Shown here piece by piece: positions 8,261 to 17,514 of a stretch of DNA of 64,000 nt (positions within the stretch are counted from its first letter, which is position 1; each line of letters opens with the position of its first letter). The notes under the pieces are model-generated. The model was not told the origin of the DNA and did not search any database. It saw only the letters and a program-made list of their open reading frames with translations. The position numbers and the translations under genes are program-made. Source of the stretch: Myxococcota bacterium (GTDB taxonomy: Bacteria > Myxococcota_A > UBA796 > UBA2385); assembly GCA_044344255.1 (NCBI GenBank), contig JBIJDH010000006.1:64001-128000 (forward strand), written 5' to 3'.

Positions 8261-8899
8261 ATGAGCGACGAACTCCTCCTTGGCCACTCGCGCTTCCGCA
8301 ACAGCTACGTGAAGCGGACGCGCTCCTTCCTCGACAAGCTGGCGGCGGAGTCCCAAAACCCGGACGCCCTGTTCATCGGCTGCTCCGACTCCCGGGTGAT
8401 CCCCGAGCTGCTCACGAGCTCGAGCCCGGGCAAGCTCTTCGTGATTCGGAACGTGGCGAACATCGTGCCCACCTTCGCCAACGTCGACTCCAGCGTCGGC
8501 GCGGCGATCGAGTACGGCCTCGGCGTGCTCGGCGTCGAGAACATCGTGGTCTGCGGCCACACGGGCTGCGGCGGTGTCGAGGCCTTGCTGGGCGACGACC
8601 ACCACGGGCTCGACACGATGCCCTCGGTCAAGGAGTGGCTGGAGGCCGCCCGGCCCGCGGTGATGTCGGTCCGCCGCGCCGATCGTGAGGCTTGGTGGCG
8701 CGCGGCGGTGGAGGCGAACGTGCTGTCCTCCATGTCCAACCTCGCGTCCTACCCCTGCGTGGCGCGTGCCCTCGAGGAGGACCGCTTGGACCTTCACGGC
8801 TGGGTCTACGACCTCCGTGGCGCCCACCTCGACGTCTACGACGGTCGACAGCGGGCCTTCGTTCCGCCCGATCAAGTGCTCTCCCGCACACTCGTGTGA
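8261..8899 (+). CDS. Beta-class carbonic anhydrase
   Basis: Zn ligands in 'GCSDSRV' and 'CGHTGCGG', plus 'RNVAN' and 'HGWVYD'; ATG at 8261; divergent from the MNIO operon. Confidence 0.93.
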   Translation: MSDELLLGHSRFRNSYVKRTRSFLDKLAAESQNPDALFIGCSDSRVIPELLTSSSPGKLFVIRNVANIVPTFANVDSSVGAAIEYGLGVLGVENIVVCGHTGCGGVEALLGDDHHGLDTMPSVKEWLEAARPAVMSVRRADREAWWRAAVEANVLSSMSNLASYPCVARALEEDRLDLHGWVYDLRGAHLDVYDGRQRAFVPPDQVLSRTLV

Positions 8900-9022
8900 G
8901 CCCGGGCACGCTGACGTGACGCTTTTCCTTGCGGCCTCGTCAACGCTAGCGCATAGTCCAGCTTGGTTGCCTTGGCCTTCCTGGCTCAGCTGGATAGATA
9001 GGTAGGTAAGTCTCCCGACGCT

Positions 9023-9892
9023 GTGAGGTTCAACATGTCCGCGCTCACCATCCCCGTCGCCGTCTTGGCGCTCACCCTCTCCTCGGTCGCGCAGGCGGCC
9101 TGCCCCACCGGCATGAACGAGATCACCGGAACCACCGGTGATGACATCTTGAATGGCACCTCCGCCGCGGATTGTATCCTCGGCCTCGCCGGCAACGACA
9201 CCATCAAGGGCTTCGGTGGGAATGACTACGTCGAAGGTGGGGACGGCGACGACCTCATCGACGGCGGGTCGGGCAACGACACCTTGTACGGCAACAACGG
9301 GAACGACGACATCAGCGGCTCGACCGGCGATGACATCCTCTACGGCGTGAACGGGAACGACATCCTCCGCGGCGCCACGGGCAACGACCTGCTCTACGGC
9401 CAGAACAACGACGACGACCTCCGCGGCAGCGACGGCAACGACACGCTCGACGGCGGCGGCGGCAACGACGCCCTCTCCGGCGGCAACGGCAACGACATCC
9501 TCTACGGGCGGTCGGGTGTGGACGCCATCCTCGGCGGCGCCGGCGACCACGACAAGATCTACGGCAGCTACGACAATGACACCATCACGGACGGCGACGG
9601 CGCCGTGTACGTGTCGGGTGACTCCGAGGATGACATCCTCAAGGTGACCTACCGCCTCGGCTGGCGGAACACCTCGGGCGCGGCCACCGTCAACGCGGTG
9701 TACGGCAACGCGGGCAACGACACCGTGCAGGTGATCTTCGACGTCTCCGAGACCTTCACCCTCAAGATCTACGGCGACGCGGCGACCGCCGCCGCGACCG
9801 ACGGCACCGCCGACATCTCGAAGTGCACCGGCACCTTCAGCGCGACCTCGGCGTCGAGCGGCTTCGAGACCGAAGGCGCGAACTGCCCGTAG
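9023..9892 (+). CDS. Secreted calcium-binding protein with RTX/hemolysin-type GGxGxD nonapeptide repeats
   Basis: Sec signal peptide ending AQA; about 14 G.xGND.L/I.G repeats. Confidence 0.85.
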   Translation: MRFNMSALTIPVAVLALTLSSVAQAACPTGMNEITGTTGDDILNGTSAADCILGLAGNDTIKGFGGNDYVEGGDGDDLIDGGSGNDTLYGNNGNDDISGSTGDDILYGVNGNDILRGATGNDLLYGQNNDDDLRGSDGNDTLDGGGGNDALSGGNGNDILYGRSGVDAILGGAGDHDKIYGSYDNDTITDGDGAVYVSGDSEDDILKVTYRLGWRNTSGAATVNAVYGNAGNDTVQVIFDVSETFTLKIYGDAATAAATDGTADISKCTGTFSATSASSGFETEGANCP

Positions 9893-9956
9893 CCTCCACG
9901 GGGCTGGGGTGGGCTTCGGCCCGCCTCGCCCCGGAGGGCGCCGCCCGGCGCCGACG

Positions 9957-9996
9957 CGACCCCTCCCCGGAGCACCCGGAGAGGGGTCGTTTCGTT
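9957..9996 (+). terminator. Rho-independent terminator-like hairpin between convergent genes
   Basis: cgacccctccccgg-agcac-ccggagaggggtcg (14-bp stem, 1 mismatch) followed by tttcgtt. Confidence 0.65.
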
Positions 9997-10529
9997 CAGG
10001 CCGGCTGCGAAGACAGCGAGGCGGGGGCGGCCCACACGAGGTCGAGGGCCTCGATGGCGGTCCAGAGCATCAGGTAGATGAGGGCCGACTTCTCGGGGTC
10101 CACGTCCATCTCACCCTCCTTCTTCTCCTCGCCGGCGCGCTCGTAGAGGGCCCAGAGCACCTCGTCGAGGAGGTGGGGCTGGGCGCGATCGGCGATGGCG
10201 CGGGCCCGCTCGTGAAGGGTGCCGTCCGCGGGCATCAGCGAGGCGGCGGCGGCCTGGACCTTCGCGGTGGCGGCGTCGATGTCGGCGCCCGAGACCTTGC
10301 GGAGCTTGCCGCCGGACTGCTCGATGACGCGGATGCTGACCGTCAGCATGTACATGGCCACCTGGGCGGCGACGGGGCCCAGCGCCTCGGCGTTCTGCTC
10401 GAAGAAGCGCGTCAGGCGGCGCTGCTCCTTGATGAGGCGGGTGGCGGTGGGGTTGAAGGCGTCCGGGTTGTTGCCGCAGGCGTCAGCCAGCTCGTGGACC
10501 TGGGCGCGGGAGATGGCGGGGTTCGACAT
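9996..10529 (-). CDS. Hypothetical protein
   Basis: 177-aa ORF from MSNPAISR; GC3-rich codon usage; downstream of the helicase gene. Confidence 0.7.
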   Translation of the reverse strand: MSNPAISRAQVHELADACGNNPDAFNPTATRLIKEQRRLTRFFEQNAEALGPVAAQVAMYMLTVSIRVIEQSGGKLRKVSGADIDAATAKVQAAAASLMPADGTLHERARAIADRAQPHLLDEVLWALYERAGEEKKEGEMDVDPEKSALIYLMLWTAIEALDLVWAAPASLSSQPA

Positions 10530-10600
10530 CGACTGCTCGGTGGAAGAGGGGGGGCGGGAGCGGGGTAGGCCGCCTGGCCCGGCCCCGCGGGCTTCGCCCC

Positions 10601-13132
10601 TTACCATCCGGGTGTCTCGGGTGTCGAGGGAGGGGCGTAGAAGGCGGCGATGCGCTCCAGCACCGCGCGCGCCGGGCCGGTGACCCGCAGCATGTCGGGG
10701 ACGGAGGCCAGGAAGACGCGGCCGTACCAGCGGTCGGAGACCCTGCGGTCGAGCAGCAGCACCACGCCGCGGTCGCGTTGGGTCCGGATGAGGCGGCCGA
10801 CCCCCTGGCGGAGGCGCAGCACGGCCTCGGGGAGCGAGCGCAGCCGGAACGCGTCCTGGCCCAGGGCGGCGAGGCGCTCGGTGCGGGCCTGGGCCACGGG
10901 CTCGGTGGGAACGCGGAAGGGGAGGCGGGGGATGATCACCATCCGCAGCGCGGCGCCCGAGACGCTCACCCCCTCCCAGAAGGCGTCTGTGCCGAAGAGC
11001 ACGGCGTTGCCGTCCTCGCGGAAGCGCTCCAGCAGCCGATCTCGGCCCATCATCCCGTGGCGCAGCAAGAGGAAACGGTCGCCGAGCAGCGCGCCCACCC
11101 GGCTGTGGAGGGCGTTGACCAGCGCGTAGCTCGTGCAGAGCACGAAGACGCCGCCGCCGGCGTGGCCGATCGCGGCGGCCACGAGCTCGCTGATGCGCCC
11201 CTCGAAGTCGGGGGCGTCGGGCTCAGGGAGGTCGCGCGGGATGGCGAGCAGGGCCTGGCGCCGGTAGTCGAAGGGAGAGGGGTGGACGCCCTTGCGGATC
11301 GGCCGCTCTGGGGGCGGCTCGAGCCCGACCTGCCGCAGGAAGTGCTGGAACTCACCGTTGACCGTCATCGTCGCCGAGGTGGCGACGGTGGCCTGCATCG
11401 CCTCGAAGACACGCCCCCGCAGCGAGGGGCCGACGTCGAGCTGGGCGATGCAGAGGGCGGCGGTGGGGGCGGTCGCCCCCTTGTCGCGGGCGAGCTCGAT
11501 CCAGCGCACGTGCTCGGGCCCCTCGGCCTGAAAGCGGCTCGCGAGGCTGGCCTGCTCGCCGAGGCGGCGCATCGCGCGGCCGAGGTCGAAGAGGGGCTGC
11601 GGCTCGCGGCCGCGGTCGGCGGGGCTGAGCTCCTTCAGGGCCTCATCCAGCAGGGAGAGCTTCACGGCGAGGTGGGAGAGGCGGCTCGTCACCTCCTCGA
11701 GCGTGGGCTGGAGGAAGGTCTGCCAGCCAGGGGAGGTGCGCCACTCGGGCACCACGCGGCGGCTCTGCTGGCCGGGCTCGAGGCCGTCGGAGAGCAGCTG
11801 CTCCATCCAGCCCCGCGCCTCCTCGGCGACCACCGGCGCCGCCCGCTCGAGCTCCTCGGTGAGGTCCCAGACCCTGTCCCGCTCGGGCTGCTGCAGGGGA
11901 GACTCGGGGGCGGCGGCCCAGCGCTCGCGCAGGCGGGCGAGGGCGCCCGGGCGGCCCTTCCGACCGACCAGCGGCAGGAGGGCGCGGCGGATCGCGCGCA
12001 GGGTGAGGCGCTCCTGGTAGAGGCTGGTGGCGGCGTCCTCGAGGTGGTGCCCCTCGTCGATGACGACCCGGTCGAACTTGGGGAGGATGCCCTCGGCGCC
12101 TTCCCCCTTGACGAGGAGATCGGCGAGCAGGAGGTGGTGGTTGACCACGAGGAGGTGGGCGTCGGCCGCCCGGCGGCGGGCCTCGTAGTAGAAACACTTG
12201 TCAAAGTGGGGGCAGCGGGCGCGGAGCGTCTGGTCGTGGTCGCTCTGGATGAGCTCCCAGTCCTCGTCCTCGACGGGGAAGGCGATGTCCTGTCGGGTGC
12301 CCTCGGCCGCGGTCTCCGCCCAGCGGGCGAGGCGGCGCAGGCGGTCGCGCAGAGCGCCGCGGTCTGCGCCCTCGCCGTCGGCCTCGGCCTCCACCCGCGC
12401 CTCGGCGAGCTTTCGCCGACAGACGTAGTTGCTCCGGCCCTTGATCACCGCCGATCGCACGGCGAGGCCGCCGCGCGTGAGCACCGGCAGATCCGAGATC
12501 TGGAGCTGCCCCTGGAGCGTGAGGGTGAAGGTGGCGACGGCGACCTTGGCCTCGTTCTCGAGCGCCCAGAGCGCCGAGGGGAGCAGGTAGGCGAGCGACT
12601 TGCCGGTGCCGGTGCCGGCCTCGAGGACGGCGATGCCGCCCTCGTTCAGGGCGCGGGTGACCTCGAGGGCCATCTCGACCTGCCCCGGGCGGGCCTCGTA
12701 GCCGGGGATCGCGCCGGGGAGTGTCTCGTCGAAGAAGCGCCGCACCGCGGCCTCGGGGACGCTGCGCCGCTCCCGCACCAGGGGCTCGCAGACCCACAGC
12801 GCCCGCCGCACCTCGTTGTCGACGATGACGAAGCCCACGCCCTCTTCGCCGAAGCGCCCCGCGAGGTGCATGTCGGCGTCGGAGGCGACGAGCACCCCTG
12901 AGGGGTGGTTGTGGAAGACGGACTCACCGGGCCGCGGGCGGCTGAGCAGCGCGGGCACGGCGCCGGCGTTGCCGCGGCAGTGCACCACGATGTCTTGGAT
13001 GCGGCCCTCCGCGTCGGGCTTGCCCACGCCAAAGACCTCGACGCCGCCGGCCTCGGCGATGGCCCGGCGGAGCTCGGCGGCGGCGGCCTCGGTGAAGCGG
13101 GTGCCGGCGGGGCGGGCCCCTCCGCCGCTCAT
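10601..13132 (-). CDS. DinG/YoaA-family ATP-dependent helicase with N-terminal JAB/RadC-like domain
   Basis: EAGTGTGKS (Walker A), DEGHH, Fe-S cluster Cys (YVC...CPHFDKC), SAT motif, FWEGV, QGVGRLIR; N-terminal E...HNHPSG...SDAD. Confidence 0.9.
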   Translation of the reverse strand: MSGGGARPAGTRFTEAAAAELRRAIAEAGGVEVFGVGKPDAEGRIQDIVVHCRGNAGAVPALLSRPRPGESVFHNHPSGVLVASDADMHLAGRFGEEGVGFVIVDNEVRRALWVCEPLVRERRSVPEAAVRRFFDETLPGAIPGYEARPGQVEMALEVTRALNEGGIAVLEAGTGTGKSLAYLLPSALWALENEAKVAVATFTLTLQGQLQISDLPVLTRGGLAVRSAVIKGRSNYVCRRKLAEARVEAEADGEGADRGALRDRLRRLARWAETAAEGTRQDIAFPVEDEDWELIQSDHDQTLRARCPHFDKCFYYEARRRAADAHLLVVNHHLLLADLLVKGEGAEGILPKFDRVVIDEGHHLEDAATSLYQERLTLRAIRRALLPLVGRKGRPGALARLRERWAAAPESPLQQPERDRVWDLTEELERAAPVVAEEARGWMEQLLSDGLEPGQQSRRVVPEWRTSPGWQTFLQPTLEEVTSRLSHLAVKLSLLDEALKELSPADRGREPQPLFDLGRAMRRLGEQASLASRFQAEGPEHVRWIELARDKGATAPTAALCIAQLDVGPSLRGRVFEAMQATVATSATMTVNGEFQHFLRQVGLEPPPERPIRKGVHPSPFDYRRQALLAIPRDLPEPDAPDFEGRISELVAAAIGHAGGGVFVLCTSYALVNALHSRVGALLGDRFLLLRHGMMGRDRLLERFREDGNAVLFGTDAFWEGVSVSGAALRMVIIPRLPFRVPTEPVAQARTERLAALGQDAFRLRSLPEAVLRLRQGVGRLIRTQRDRGVVLLLDRRVSDRWYGRVFLASVPDMLRVTGPARAVLERIAAFYAPPSTPETPGW

Positions 13133-14379
13133 CGAGCTCCTGCGCCGCGGCGCGCCTCGAAGAGCGCGAGCACGGCCTCCAGGTCCGGCGCGACGTCGAC
13201 GGGCCCGCTCACCGCGGAGAGGGCGGTGGCGGTGTCCTTGAGGCCGTTGCCGGTGAGCACGACGGCGACGGACTCGTCGGGGCGGATCAGGCCCTCGGCC
13301 ACCGCCGCCCGCACGCCGGCCGCGCCCGCCGCTGCGGCCGGCTCACTGAAGATCCCGCTGCGGCGGGGCACCTCGACGAGGGCCTCCAAGATGGCGGCGT
13401 CGGGCACGGCGATCCAGGCGCCGCCGGTGCGGGCCACCCACTGCAGCGCCTTGTCCGGGTTGCGGGGGTGGCCGACACAGAGCGAGTCGGCGAGGGTGTC
13501 GGCCGAGGGGATGATCGGCGCCAAGCCCTCGCGCGCGGCCCGGACAAGCGGCGCGGCGCCTGCGGCCTGCACCGCCAGCACGCGCGGAAGGCGGGGGATG
13601 AGGCCGGCCTGGAAGGCCTCGACGAGGCCGCGGGCGAGGCCGGCCACGGTGCAGCCATCACCCACGGTGATCGCCACCCAGTCGGGGATGGAGTCACCGA
13701 GCTGCTCGGCGAGCTCGAGGCCGACCGTCTTCTTGCCCTCGACCAGGTAGGGGTTCACCGCGCAGTTGCGGTTGTACCAGGGCTGCGTGGCGGCGACGGC
13801 GGCGCAGAGGTCCCACGTGGTGTCGTAGTCGGCGGCCACGCGCAGCACGTCGGCGCCGAAGATGCGGAGCTGGGCGATCTTCGAGGCGGGCGCTCGGGCG
13901 GGCACGAAGATGGTGGCCGGCAGGCCCATGCTCGCCGCGAGGCAGGCGGTGGCCGAGGCGGCGTTGCCAGTGCTGGCGCAGACGATGCGCGACTTTCCGG
14001 CCGCGACCGCCATCACCACGCCGATGGCGCTGGCGCGGTCTTTCAGCGAGGCGCTCGGGTTGCGGCCGTCGTCCTTCAGCACCGCGCGGGCCACTCCGAG
14101 CCACTCTGCCACCCGCGGGGCCTCGCTCACCGGCGAGCCGCCCACCTGGATCGGCGGCAGCCGGGCGCCGCTCGGGATGGGGAGCACCGCGGCGTAGCGC
14201 CACATCTCGATCGGGCCCGGCGGGAGGTCAGCGAGGGCCTCGATGGCCTCGGGCGCGTAGCGGACCTCCATGCGCGCCTCGCCCTGGCAGGACGGGCAGC
14301 TCCACTGCCAGGGGTCGGTGGTCTCGTGGCCGCAGCGCACGCAGGCGAGGCAGAGGACGTTGTCGGGGAGGGCCTTCAT
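13129..14379 (-). CDS. thrC: Threonine synthase (PLP-dependent, fold type II)
   Basis: N-terminal CxxC...CxxC; 'NPSASLKDR', 'ASTGNA', 'EGKKT', 'EPAAA', 'LTGNGLKD'. Confidence 0.85.
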   Translation of the reverse strand: MKALPDNVLCLACVRCGHETTDPWQWSCPSCQGEARMEVRYAPEAIEALADLPPGPIEMWRYAAVLPIPSGARLPPIQVGGSPVSEAPRVAEWLGVARAVLKDDGRNPSASLKDRASAIGVVMAVAAGKSRIVCASTGNAASATACLAASMGLPATIFVPARAPASKIAQLRIFGADVLRVAADYDTTWDLCAAVAATQPWYNRNCAVNPYLVEGKKTVGLELAEQLGDSIPDWVAITVGDGCTVAGLARGLVEAFQAGLIPRLPRVLAVQAAGAAPLVRAAREGLAPIIPSADTLADSLCVGHPRNPDKALQWVARTGGAWIAVPDAAILEALVEVPRRSGIFSEPAAAAGAAGVRAAVAEGLIRPDESVAVVLTGNGLKDTATALSAVSGPVDVAPDLEAVLALFEARRGAGAR

Positions 14380-14427
14380 GCCCTCGGGCTAATCCGAAAG
14401 GCCCGGCGCGCGCTACGCTCCGCCGCG

Positions 14428-15147
14428 ATGACCGTTCCACCGCCGCACGCCGCACGCCCCCGCGCCTTGCTCCTCCACGGCCTCGAGTCGGGCCCGCAGG
14501 GCCGTAAGGCGCGCCTGCTCGCCGAGGCCGGCTTTGAGGTGGTCGCCCCGGAGATGCCCTGCGGCCGCCGGGCGATGATGCGGGACCCTGTCTTCGCCGT
14601 CGCGATCGGCCTGGCCGTCAGCCTGCCCCTGCTCGGGGGCGCGACCCTCGGCGCGTGGGGGGTGGCCCTCGGTCTCGGCCTGCTGCCCCCGGGGTACACC
14701 GTGTTGCGGGCGACCCTGCTCCGCCGGGCGGTCCGGGCCAGCCTGCGTATCCAGCGGGCGGCGCTGCGGGCCCAGCCCTTTGACCTGCTGATGGGCTCCT
14801 CCTATGGCGGGGCGATAGGCTTGCTGCTCCTCCAGTCGGGCGACTGGACAGGCCCCTCCCTCTTGCTCTGTCCGGCCTGGCGGCTGGTGGCGAAGAAGAG
14901 CTTCGACAGCCCGCCGCCGCCCCTGTCGGCCCTCCCCGCGGCGGTCAGCGCGCGGACGCTCGTGGTGCACGGCCGGACCGACGAGACCGTCCCCTACGCA
15001 GACTCCGAGGCCCTCGTGGAGGGTAGCGCCGCGACGCTCCTGTCGGTCGAAGATGGCCACCGGCTCGACCTCGCCGTGCAGGTCGACAGCCTCCGCGAAT
15101 GGGCGGCGCGGGTCGGGGTCCTCGCCGGGCCGAGCGCGACCGGGTGA
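14428..15147 (+). CDS. Alpha/beta hydrolase (YqiA/YcfP-like) with internal hydrophobic segments
   Basis: 'LHGLESGP.G.K', nucleophile GSSYGG, 'VHG.TDETVP', 'DGHRL'; ATG at 14428. Confidence 0.8.
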   Translation: MTVPPPHAARPRALLLHGLESGPQGRKARLLAEAGFEVVAPEMPCGRRAMMRDPVFAVAIGLAVSLPLLGGATLGAWGVALGLGLLPPGYTVLRATLLRRAVRASLRIQRAALRAQPFDLLMGSSYGGAIGLLLLQSGDWTGPSLLLCPAWRLVAKKSFDSPPPPLSALPAAVSARTLVVHGRTDETVPYADSEALVEGSAATLLSVEDGHRLDLAVQVDSLREWAARVGVLAGPSATG

Positions 15148-15282
15148 GCGGGGCGCCGGGCGCGGTGAGCGAGGGGCTGCTCCTCTTCTCGCTCAGCGGG
15201 GTATCCTCGGAGACGCCCGACGAGTGCAGCCTCGCGCCTGCGGAGCGATAGGGCCGCCACCCAGGGAGGGCTGAGCTCGCCG

Positions 15283-16680
15283 ATGACCACCCCGCACCCC
15301 TCCGCCGCGACCGCCTCGGTTGAGGAGAGCCACCGCACCAAGGGGCTCCTTCGGTTGACGATGGCCTGCAACGAGCGCTGCCCCTTCTGCAACGTGCCCG
15401 TCGAGGACTACCCCCGGCCGACGCCGCCGGAGGCCGAGGTGGCGGCGGCCCTCGACGCCTTCGTGCAGAGCGGGGAGCAGACGCTGACGATCTCGGGCGG
15501 GGAGCCCACCCTCCTTCGGGTCCGGCTTCTGCGGGTGATCACCGAGGCCCGGGGCCGGGGGGTGCCCTTCGTCGAGCTCCAGACCAACGCCGTCCTGATC
15601 GATCCCCCCTACGCCCAGGCCCTCGCCCAGGCCGGGCTCACCTCGGCCTTCGTGTCCCTGCTCTCCGACGACCCCGCCCTGCACGACCGCCTCGCCGGCC
15701 TCGACGGGGCCTGGCCGCGCTGCCTCGCCGGCATTGACGCCCTCACGGCGGTGGGCGTGCGGGTGACGCTCAACCCGGTGGTGGCGGCGGACACCCAGGA
15801 TCGGCTCCCCCGCTATCTCCGCTTCGTGTCGGAGCGCCTGCGCGGTGTGCGCTCGGTCTCCCTCTCGGCTGTGCAGCCCCACGGGCGGGCGGCGAATGAC
15901 CCGTCCCTCCTCCCCGATTATTCGGTGCTCGGGCCAGGGGTGCGGGAGGCGCGCCGCCTCGCCGTCGAGCTCGGTATCGCGCTCCTAAACCCCTATTGTG
16001 GCCTCCCCCTCTGTGTCGGCTGGGAGGACGGCCTCGCCCACAGCGTAGAGGCGGTCGAGGCCCAGTCGGGCGGCTGGCGAGAGACCCCGGGGATCGAGAA
16101 CCAGGGTGACAAGCGACAGGGCCCCCCCTGCCTCGACTGCGCGCTGCGCGCCCGCTGCGGTGGCGCCTGGCACGCCTATTGGGAGCACCGCGGCGGCGCA
16201 GGCCTCGTCGCCCCCCTCCGCCTCCGTGGGCCCTGGGTGAGCCCGATGGGCCCCGGGGAGCGGCGGGTCGCGCTCGATGAGCCCGCTGCCCCCGCCGCCG
16301 AGGGGGGAGCCTGTTTTCGCTGGCACACCCTCACGGACCTCGACCGCGCCGGGGTGGAGCGGCTGCTGCGGGCGCCGATCGACGGGGTGGGGCTCGACCT
16401 CTCCGGGCAGCCCCTGTCGGCCGCCACCTTGGGCGGCGCGCGCCGACTGCTGTCGGCCCGGGCCCTCCGCCCACCCCAGCGACAGACCGCGCTCTGGCTC
16501 GCTCTCCGGCCCGCCTCCCGCCTCGAGGCCAGCCGCGCCGTGGCCATCGCCGCGGCGATGGGCGTGGACGCGCTCACCCTGCGGGTCTCCGCGCCCGACG
16601 CTTGGGCGCCCCTCGCGGCGGCCCTCTCGGCCACCTCCGGCCTGTCCGTGTCTGTCCTCGGCTCGCCAGAGGATCCCTGA
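15283..16680 (+). CDS. Radical SAM protein with C-terminal Cys-rich auxiliary motif
   Basis: CNERCPFC, SGGEPT, QTNA; later CGLPLC and CLDCALRARCGG. Confidence 0.87.
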   Translation: MTTPHPSAATASVEESHRTKGLLRLTMACNERCPFCNVPVEDYPRPTPPEAEVAAALDAFVQSGEQTLTISGGEPTLLRVRLLRVITEARGRGVPFVELQTNAVLIDPPYAQALAQAGLTSAFVSLLSDDPALHDRLAGLDGAWPRCLAGIDALTAVGVRVTLNPVVAADTQDRLPRYLRFVSERLRGVRSVSLSAVQPHGRAANDPSLLPDYSVLGPGVREARRLAVELGIALLNPYCGLPLCVGWEDGLAHSVEAVEAQSGGWRETPGIENQGDKRQGPPCLDCALRARCGGAWHAYWEHRGGAGLVAPLRLRGPWVSPMGPGERRVALDEPAAPAAEGGACFRWHTLTDLDRAGVERLLRAPIDGVGLDLSGQPLSAATLGGARRLLSARALRPPQRQTALWLALRPASRLEASRAVAIAAAMGVDALTLRVSAPDAWAPLAAALSATSGLSVSVLGSPEDP

Positions 16681-16733
16681 ATGCCCGCCGCCGCTGTCCC
16701 CGCCGGCCTGCTCACCTTGGACGGCGGCCGCCT
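16293..16733 (+). repeat. Diverged direct repeat, copy 1 (radical SAM 3' end plus start of next gene)
   Basis: Long stretches align by eye with 21476-21822, e.g. agccgcgccgtggccatcgccgcggcgatgggcgtggacgcgctcacc and ctgtcctcggctcgccagaggatccctgaatgcccgc. Confidence 0.9.
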
Positions 16734-16734
16734 C

Positions 16735-17514
16735 CAGGGCAATCGCATCTTGACGGGGCAAGAGGTTAGCATGGGTTGATCTCTTACCGCCGGGCATCTG
16801 CCGCGGCCTCGGAGGTCGCCATGGCGACGCTGCTGGAGCACTTCGACAACCTGCCAGACCCTGGGTGGACCGCACCAAGCGACACTCCCTCCGAGACATC
16901 ATCGCCCTCACCATCCTGGCTGTGATCGGCGGCGCAGAGAACTTCGTAGAGGTCGTGGAATTCGGCCGCGCGAAGGAGGCTTGGTTCCGGACCTTTCTGG
17001 AGCTGCCCCACGGCATTCCGTCTCACGACACGCTGGGGCGCATGTTCGCCCGCCTGGACCCGAAGGCGTTTCAAGAGCGGTTCATGGCCTGGGTCGGGTC
17101 GATTCGGGAGCAGATCGGCGGTGACGTCATCTCCATCGATGGCAAGAGCGTGCGCCGCAGCGTTGCAGCTCAGGGACAACCATCCGACCCTGGCCGGCCT
17201 CGTCGAGGACTTCTTCGAAGATGGCATCAACTCTAATTTCGCCGGAATGAGGTCGGACTTCCATGAGGAGACCACCAAGGAGCACGACCGGAACGAAGTT
17301 CGGCGGACCTCGACCTCGCCGGACCTTGAGTGGCTGCCAGAGTCCGAGGAGTGGGTCGGGATGAAGAGCCTCATCTGTGTCGAGTCCCGTCGCGAGGTGC
17401 TCGGCAAGCAAGAGTCGCTCCACCGGCGGTACACCATCAGCGGCGGGCTGGGACAACGAATACCTGCTCAAAGTAATTGGCGGATAAATGGGACGTTTAG
17501 ATGCGATCGCCCTG
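16735..17514 (+). mobile_element. Internally deleted ISAs1-family insertion sequence (780 bp) with intact terminal inverted repeats
   Basis: IRL cagggcaatcgcatct (16735-16750) and IRR agatgcgatcgccctg (17499-17514) match 15/16; encloses ISAs1 transposase remnants. Confidence 0.88.
16821..17487 (+). pseudogene. ISAs1-family transposase pseudogene
   Basis: Fragments in different frames: MATLLEHFDNLPDP / VDRTKRHSL..GIPSHDT..IDGKSVRRS / L.DNHPTL...KEHDR.E.R...RYTIS / AGWDNEYLLKVIGG*; frameshifts and two large internal deletions. Confidence 0.88.

Noticed and set aside
16681..16779. Intact small gene after the radical SAM gene
   Set aside because: Only about 18 codons match the 21770 ORF before reading into the IS left end; treated as a truncated duplicate
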